64,000 nt of DNA, from positions 467,262 through 531,261 of the forward strand of contig NW_024055490.1 in assembly GCF_902713615.1 (NCBI RefSeq), written 5' to 3'. The notes under the pieces are model-generated. The model was given only the letters and a program-made list of their open reading frames with translations, was not told where the DNA came from and did not search any database. The number at the start of each line of letters is the position of its first letter. The first letter of the stretch is position 1. Positions 57,830 to 64,000 of the stretch are shown here, in pieces. The DNA comes from Scyliorhinus canicula (lineage: Eukaryota). Position numbers and translations under genes: made by a program.

Positions 57830-58165
57830 AGAAGTGCATGATAAAATAGGACTGAGTCAGCATGGATTCGTCACTGCCTCACAAATCAGTTAGAATTCTT
57901 TGAGGAGGTAACGAGGAAGTTAGTAATAGGAGAACCAGTGGACGTGATCAATTGGGATTTTCAAAAGTCCTTTGACAATATCATACAAGAGGCTGTTAAA
58001 TAAGATAAGAGCCCATGGTGTTTAGGGAAAGATACTGGCATGGAGAGAGGACTGGATGACCACAAAAGGTAGAGAGTGTGGACACAGGGGTCTTTTTCAA
58101 GGAGGGTCTGCGTTAGAACCACAGCTATTCACAATGTGCATTAATGATCTGGAACAATGAACAGG
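57830..58165 (+). mobile_element. CR1 RT fragment followed by a V-SINE (58165-58435)
   Basis: SQHGF..LEFFEEVTRKL..PVDVI..DFQKSFD-like translation. Confidence 0.72.
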
Positions 58166-58468
58166 ACGACATGGTAGCACAGTGGTTAGCACTGTTGCTT
58201 CACAGCGCCAGGGAATCGGGTTCAATTCCGGCCTTGTATGTCTGTGGAGAGTTCCATATTCTCCCTTTGTCTGCGGGGATTTCTTCTGGATGTCCCAGTT
58301 TCCACTCACAGTCCAAAGATGCGCTGGTTGGGTGGGGTTATGGGTAGACCTCGGTAGGGTGCTCTACAGAGGGTCGGTGCAGACTCGCTGGGTCGAATTA
58401 GCTCATTTTGCGCTGTAGTGATTCTATGGTTCTACTAAGCGTTAATGGATGACTGTATGTTTTTCAGG

Positions 58469-58670
58469 AACGTACATTCTGAATGTTTCCGTGACATGAG
58501 TGGGGCCGGAGAGGATAAGACAGAATCTGCACCCATTCGAGGGCCGTCGAATCTGCACTGCCCATCCGAAAGAGCACGCTCTTTGGGTACGCCAAATAAT
58601 GTAAATATTTTCACATTGAACGGCTGCAGCTCACTGACAGCGCTGTGTGCTGTGTGCTGGGGACAACACA
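58469..58670 (+). pseudogene. Heavily decayed V remnant (V-s)
   Basis: IERLQLTDSAV..C-like FR3 followed by CACACTG at ~58666. Confidence 0.4.
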
Positions 58671-58721
58671 CTGAGAAAGTCCCCGGAATAACTCGATCCA
58701 GTACCGTTTGCTGTGACCGTG

Positions 58722-58895
58722 ATATGGACGGCGTGGGCCTGGGGAGGCACACTAAGAAGTCTTACAACGCCAGGCTAAAGTCCAACAGGTTTGTGTCCAT
58801 CACTCGATTTCGGAGCGTAGGTTCTTCCTCAAATCATTCACCTGAGGAAGGAGTTGCGCTCCGAAAGCTAGTTCGATGCAAACCTGTCGGAATTC
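58722..58895. mobile_element. Family-B Penelope-type LTR pieces head-to-head, with hammerhead motif at 58840-58872 (+)
   Basis: AC CUGAGGA A GGAGU-UGC-GCUCC GAAA GCUA GU; degenerate inverted copy at ~58801-58834. Confidence 0.68.
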
Positions 58896-59094
58896 AATGG
58901 GAAATGCATGAAAGCCGACCACCAGGTGGCGCATCCCACCACATTTCACTTTGCAGGTACCAGCATTATTTTAACTGCTGCATTGTCTTTTGGTGGTTTT
59001 CTGTGCCCCTTGCCGCTTCTCACACATGGAAATGGATTAAATACTGTCCAGTTGCCTCACTTAGTGGCCGGGTGTTACATAAACAGTGATAGAT

Positions 59095-61620
59095 TGGGAA
59101 ATAGTGACGTACAAAGTGACCTTGATATCATTAAACTTAAATCATTGAAAACAAGCATGCAGATGCATTGGGCAAGTGGTCTGTTAGCCTTCTTTGCAAG
59201 AGGACTTGAGAACAACAGTAAGGCTCTTCAAAGCATTGGTAATACCACAACTGGAGTATTGTGTGAAGTTTTTGTCTCCTTAACTCAGAATGGAAATATT
59301 TGCCATCGGGGAGTGCACCGAAGGTTCATAAGATAAATTTCTGGGATGGCAGGGTTATTTGGAAAGATTGACTCGACCAGGCCTGAACTCAATGGAATTT
59401 AGAAGAATGAGGGGGTTCTCTATGAAACATATCAGACTCTTATAGAGTTGGACAGACAGGATAGAGGGATGATGTTTCCTATGCATAAGGAGTCTAGAAC
59501 AAGGGATCACAGTCTCAGGGTAGACCATTTAGGACTGAGATAAAGAGAAACGTCTTCATGCAGAGGCTGCTGAACCTGCAACATTCTCCAACACGGGTAG
59601 CTGTGGAGGCCAAATCACTGAATATATTTAACATCAAATCGATTATTTTCTCTACTCTAAATGGGACAAGGCGTGTGGGGAGAGAGTAAGAGCAGGGTGC
59701 GGAGATAGAGGATCAGCCAACATATTACTGAATGGCGGAACACGCTCGAAGGGCCGAATATCCTACACCTGCTCCTATTGTCTATATTTCTACGTTTCTG
59801 TGTTTCTCATATTCCGATGGAGCACGGCACCTTTATGTCATGTTAAGCAATTTTTCTATTATTTCTGCCCCAGATCTTACCCAAGAACATTGGAAGGTAA
59901 CACATTGAGCAGGGGCAATGTGGGTTCAAGGTTAGTGTGAAACACGCTGGAGTGGAGCAAGTGTTTAATTCCTTTTCAAGCAAGATAAATAATCAATCGG
60001 GATTTTAAGGTTGATCACCTTCACATCAGGTTTAGGTTGTTAGGTCAATTCACTTGCACACTTCATCACATTTCAAAGTACATCAGTGGAAATGGCTTCT
60101 TGATCAATTGAGCCAGCAAGAATTTGTTAACGGGAAATCTCGTTTAATTAAGTTATTTGAGCTTTCTGATGAGGAGTACAGTGGTTGACATCGGTATTAC
60201 AGAATTCCAACTTTCGTAAAAACCCTACAGTGCGGGAGGAGGCAGGTCGGCCCATCGAGTCTGCACCGACCCTGCAAAGAGCACCGTACCAAGGTCCACT
60301 ACACCATTCTATGCCCGTAACCTGCATATACCTGGACACTAAGGGAAAATTTAGCACGTCCAATCCACTCCATCTGCACAGCTTTGGATTGTGGGAGGAA
60401 AGTGGAAGAAAACGGGGAGAAAGTACAAACTCCGCACAGACATACGCCCAAGGCCATAATCGAAACTGGGTCCTTGGCGCTGTAAGATTGCAGTGCTAAA
60501 CACTGTTCCACCATGCCGTAATGGTGCGGCTGAACTTCCAAAAGTCATGTCATACCATACTGCACCACTGCCTTGTGAGCAGCAATGGAGATCCGGGGGT
60601 GAAATGCACAGTTGCAATATGGATACAAAATTGCTATGAAACAACTCGCAGCGTTGATCATTGTTTTTGGAGTGAAAGGAAGTTTGAAGTGAAGTGAAGT
60701 TTCCAGGGATCGGTATTACGGCCCTATGTATTACAAATGAATGATCTAGACATGGTTGCGAGGGAAGATTTTCGAAATCTGCGGACATTACGAAAATTGG
60801 AGGTGTAGTGAACCGGGATAGTGTACAACGTTGGTGGAAAGGGCAAAAACATGGCAGATTGATTTAATGCGCAGAAGTATTAAGTAATTCATATGGGAGG
60901 CAGGATACAGAAAGGCAAAATAAAATAAAAGGAATGATTCTCAAGATGGTGCAGGAGTAGCGGGACCTATGCGTAGGTACATTATTGATGGTTAAAATTA
61001 CAGATTGAGTGAACGGTTGATATAGCACCGAATGAAGGTAATTATCAATGGGGATATAGCATACAGAGGAAAGGACGTTATGTTAAACCTGTCTGAAACT
61101 CGGGTTCGGACTGAACTGAGGTATTGGGGGATTCGCACATAGGGAGAATTCGGGTGGATGCGGAAAATATTTATGGGAATGGGTCCAGAGATTAGGAACT
61201 TCATTCAGGAAGATAGATTTGAGAAGTTGCGACTGTTTCTCTTGACGAGCAGGTTAAAAGGTGACCTGAGAGAGGTATTAAAAATCACGAGTGTTCTAGA
61301 CAGAGTAGATAAGAGGAATTGATCCCATTGGTGGGAGGGTCGAGTACCAGAGAGCACAGGTTGAAGGTAATTGGGAAAAGAGTCATGGAGACATGAGGAG
61401 AAACATTTTCACCGAATGAGTGGTTAGGATGTGGAATGGACTGTTTGAGGGTATGTTAGAGGTCGGGTCAATTAACGCTTTCATAGGGGAATTGAATTGT
61501 TCTCTGAAAAGGGAAACCAATGCTAGGTTACAGAGAAATTAGAAGTATTGCATCAACCGCCCCTTTTGTTAGTCAGCACATGCATGCTGGGTGGAAGGGC
61601 CTTTGGCTGCATTGGAAACA
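59095..61620 (+). mobile_element. Decayed CR1 fragments with an embedded minus-strand V-SINE (~60215-60515)
   Basis: CR1 RT C-terminal and 3' UTR similarity to 40165-42030. Confidence 0.65.
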
Positions 61621-62039
61621 CTCTCAGACTGTTTTTAAAGGGACGGCAGTGGGTTAGCTGCGATGTCACTGGGTTAGTAATTAAGATGCCCAACATAATT
61701 CTTTGAGGCCCTGTGTTCAAATCCTACAACAGCTGAAAGTTGAATTTTAAAATGCAAACAAGTGACCCAATAAGCTAATCAGCTCAGGGATTTAGAGATG
61801 GTCAATAAATGTTGGCCTCGCCACTGAGGCCCACATCGCATAACTTCTTTGTGTTTAAATCAGAAACTGCAATAGTACAGTTTGGCCAGTTGGTGGCCGT
61901 GTTGCAGCGAAAGATGGATGGGCCTGGACCCAATCAGTGACACCGTGATTGCTGACACTACATGAAGCAGAGATTGTCTCATTTATTACGACAATGGACT
62001 CTGTCGGTGTTCAAATTAAACGAGACACCGTCTTTGAAT

Positions 62040-62250
62040 ATATTCGGCTAGCTCAGTTGGTTGGACAGCTGGTTTCTGATCCAGAACCAGGCCAACAGCG
62101 CTGGGTGAATTCCCATACCGGCTAAGGTTATACATGAAGGACTTGCCTTCCCAACCTTATCCCCAGCTTCAGGATAAATCACCACCAATTAGCTCTCCCC
62201 CTCAAAAAGGAAAGCAACTTATGGTCATCTGGGACTATGGCGACTTTACC
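62040..62250 (+). mobile_element. tRNA-derived SINE-like element (third family)
   Basis: GGCTAGCTCAGTTGGTTGGACAGCTGG tRNA-like head. Confidence 0.5.
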
Positions 62251-62559
62251 GATAAAGCTCGGTCATGTTTCTGATTTTATGGCTGCAGGTCTCAGTTGTT
62301 ACCGTACTCGGCTCAATCCCAGCTGTTAACATGTTGAACCAAGGTCCCCTTTATATTACGCTCAGCACTTCGTAAGTTACAACTGCATTGAATCATCTCT
62401 CGGATAATATGAGAATGGTTCGTGTCCCAATTCGTACTTCACTGATACGAAACCAGAAAATGTTCCTATTTGTATTACATGAGGATCTGTCTCAGTTATT
62501 ACTGTAATATAACCTGCCACATTCCTCAGGGTAGGGGTCGAGGCACAACCATCATCAAT

Positions 62560-63075
62560 GGTCATCATTGCATCATCAATATTCTTCTTTAACTCACATA
62601 GTCAGAAATAAGGATGTTCTCTGATGATTGCACAATTTAAACCACCATTCGACCCCTCACATACTGAAGCAGCCTATTACTAAATTCAACAAGATCTGGA
62701 CGATATTCAGGTTTGACCGGCAAGTGGCAATTACAGGCAATGTCCATCTCCGACAAGAGAGGATCGAACCATCGCTCCCTGACATTCAATGGAATTATCA
62801 TCGCGGAATCCCCCAACATAAATATCCTGGGGATGACCATTGACCAGAGACTGAAATCGAATAGCCCAATAAGTACGGTGTCTGCCAGAGCACGTCAAGT
62901 CTAGGAACACAGGACAAAACAGCCTCTTTGATTGATATCACTTCCACAAACATCCAATCCCTCAACCACCGACAAACAGTGAGATTATGTAATATTTCCA
63001 AGATACACTCTCAAAACTTACTACGGCGACAGAGGCAGCACCTTCCAAACCTACGACCACTGCCATCTAGAAGAA
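62560..63075 (+). mobile_element. Decayed non-LTR retrotransposon (L2/CR1 group) 3' fragment
   Basis: RT C-terminal-like remnants (ILGMTIDQRL; QSLNHRQTV); family uncertain. Confidence 0.45.
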
Positions 63076-63424
63076 CAATGCGACAATGCGCGTGTATTTG
63101 TGTGATCATAATTGTAGAAGTACTTTCAACAATAATAACCGGAATAGGTCAAACATAACAATACAAAAAACAGCCTCACATTCCGAACTGACAGGGATAC
63201 AGATTCCAGAAATCCTAATAGAGAATTAGAGTATTAAAGCATGAATGACAGGTTAGCTATTGTACATACAACACCGAGGTAGCGTTTTTGCCACTCGTAT
63301 TTTAAAAGATGGAACTAAAATAGCGAAGTCATTGCTGATTATGAACGTACAAAATACAGGGTTTGATGCAATTTTAACAGTTGCAACCTTCAGTGTATTA
63401 CACATCTCAGGATCGAGTCTGATG

Positions 63425-63598
63425 AAATGAAAATCGCTTATTGTCACGAGTAGGCTTCAATGAAGTTACTGTGAAAAGCCCCTAGTCGCCACATTCCTGC
63501 GACTGTCCGGGGAGGCTGGTACAGGAATCGAACCGTGCTACTGGCCTGCGTGATCTGCTTTAAAAGTCAGCGATTTAGCTGAGTGAGCTAAACCAGCT
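63425..63598 (-). mobile_element. Short SINE (GGGGCTGGTTTAGC family); another copy at 63855-64000
   Basis: Paralog of 36002-36180. Confidence 0.8.
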
Positions 63599-64000
63599 GA
63601 CGATGATGCAGTGAATATGTACTGCAGCCAATCAAACGTGTGTCTCAAATAACCGTGTCTGTGTGAGAGACAGTGCCTATTGATACAATAGCAAATGGTT
63701 TTCCTCATGTTGAATTAGTACCATTGCAATGTGAATTGGATGAAGATAGTGTCAGGCAGATAAACCCGAAATTGATGTAACTGTTCTGCCTGTCTGGCAG
63801 AATCTGAGGAGAGAAAAAGAGTTCACGTTTCATGTCACTGACACAACATAACAATAACCGTTTATTGTCACAAGTCGGATTCATTGAAGTTACTGTGAAA
63901 AGCCCTGAGTCTCCACAAACCGGCACCTGCTCGGGGAGGCCGGTCCGGGAATTAAACCCGCACTGCTGCTTTATTCTGCATTACAAGCCAGCCAGCCGAC

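Noticed and set aside
11800-58700. D, J or C segments, or germline-joined VJ genes
   Set aside because: No 12-bp-spacer RSS, FGxG motif or C-domain exon recognised; all GGTTTTTGT/ACAAAAACC hits examined belong to V RSSs
11800-58700. IgH-like (TAILV) or NAR-TCR V segments
   Set aside because: No V shows IgH-type (WVRQ..YYCAR) or IgNAR-type features by eye; cannot be fully excluded without phylogeny
58445-59089. 214-aa ORF
   Set aside because: Spans a V remnant, inverted LTR pieces and unique DNA; no domain signature

Overview
Vertebrate genomic DNA, almost certainly a cartilaginous fish. The SINE, CR1 and Penelope families look shark-like, possibly catshark; this is an inference. Bases 1-9.0 kb are a tandem tRNA array: Val(TAC), Arg(ACG/GCG) and repeated Val(AAC), with a higher-order period of about 7.37 kb. 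Most ~2 kb units carry a truncated Penelope-like (GIY-YIG) retroelement. A displaced piece of the same array lies at 18.1-25.5 kb and contains a young, 5'-truncated L1 with a 15-bp TSD. From 11.8 to 58.7 kb is a T-cell-receptor alpha/delta-type V-gene cluster with segments in both orientations: six apparently intact L-V-RSS genes, one atypical ORF and about 11 pseudogenes or remnants. All recognisable RSSs have 22- or 23-bp spacers, and no D, J or C segments were found. V genes are interspersed with single tRNA genes or pseudogenes (Pro, Thr, Asn, Val), Rex1/CR1/L2 fragments, many SINEs and a 1.7-kb 24-bp minisatellite. The most notable unexplained structure: (1) two families of minimal hammerhead-ribozyme motifs in Penelope-type LTRs, one with a compensatory U3:A8 core; (2) an intronless leader-V gene with a perfect RSS; (3) family-specific V promoter modules (CTCF+CRE; E-box/ETS/RUNX); (4) anticodon remodelling and a possible dicistronic Val-Arg tRNA pair in the array. 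All calls were made by eye; repeat boundaries are approximate.
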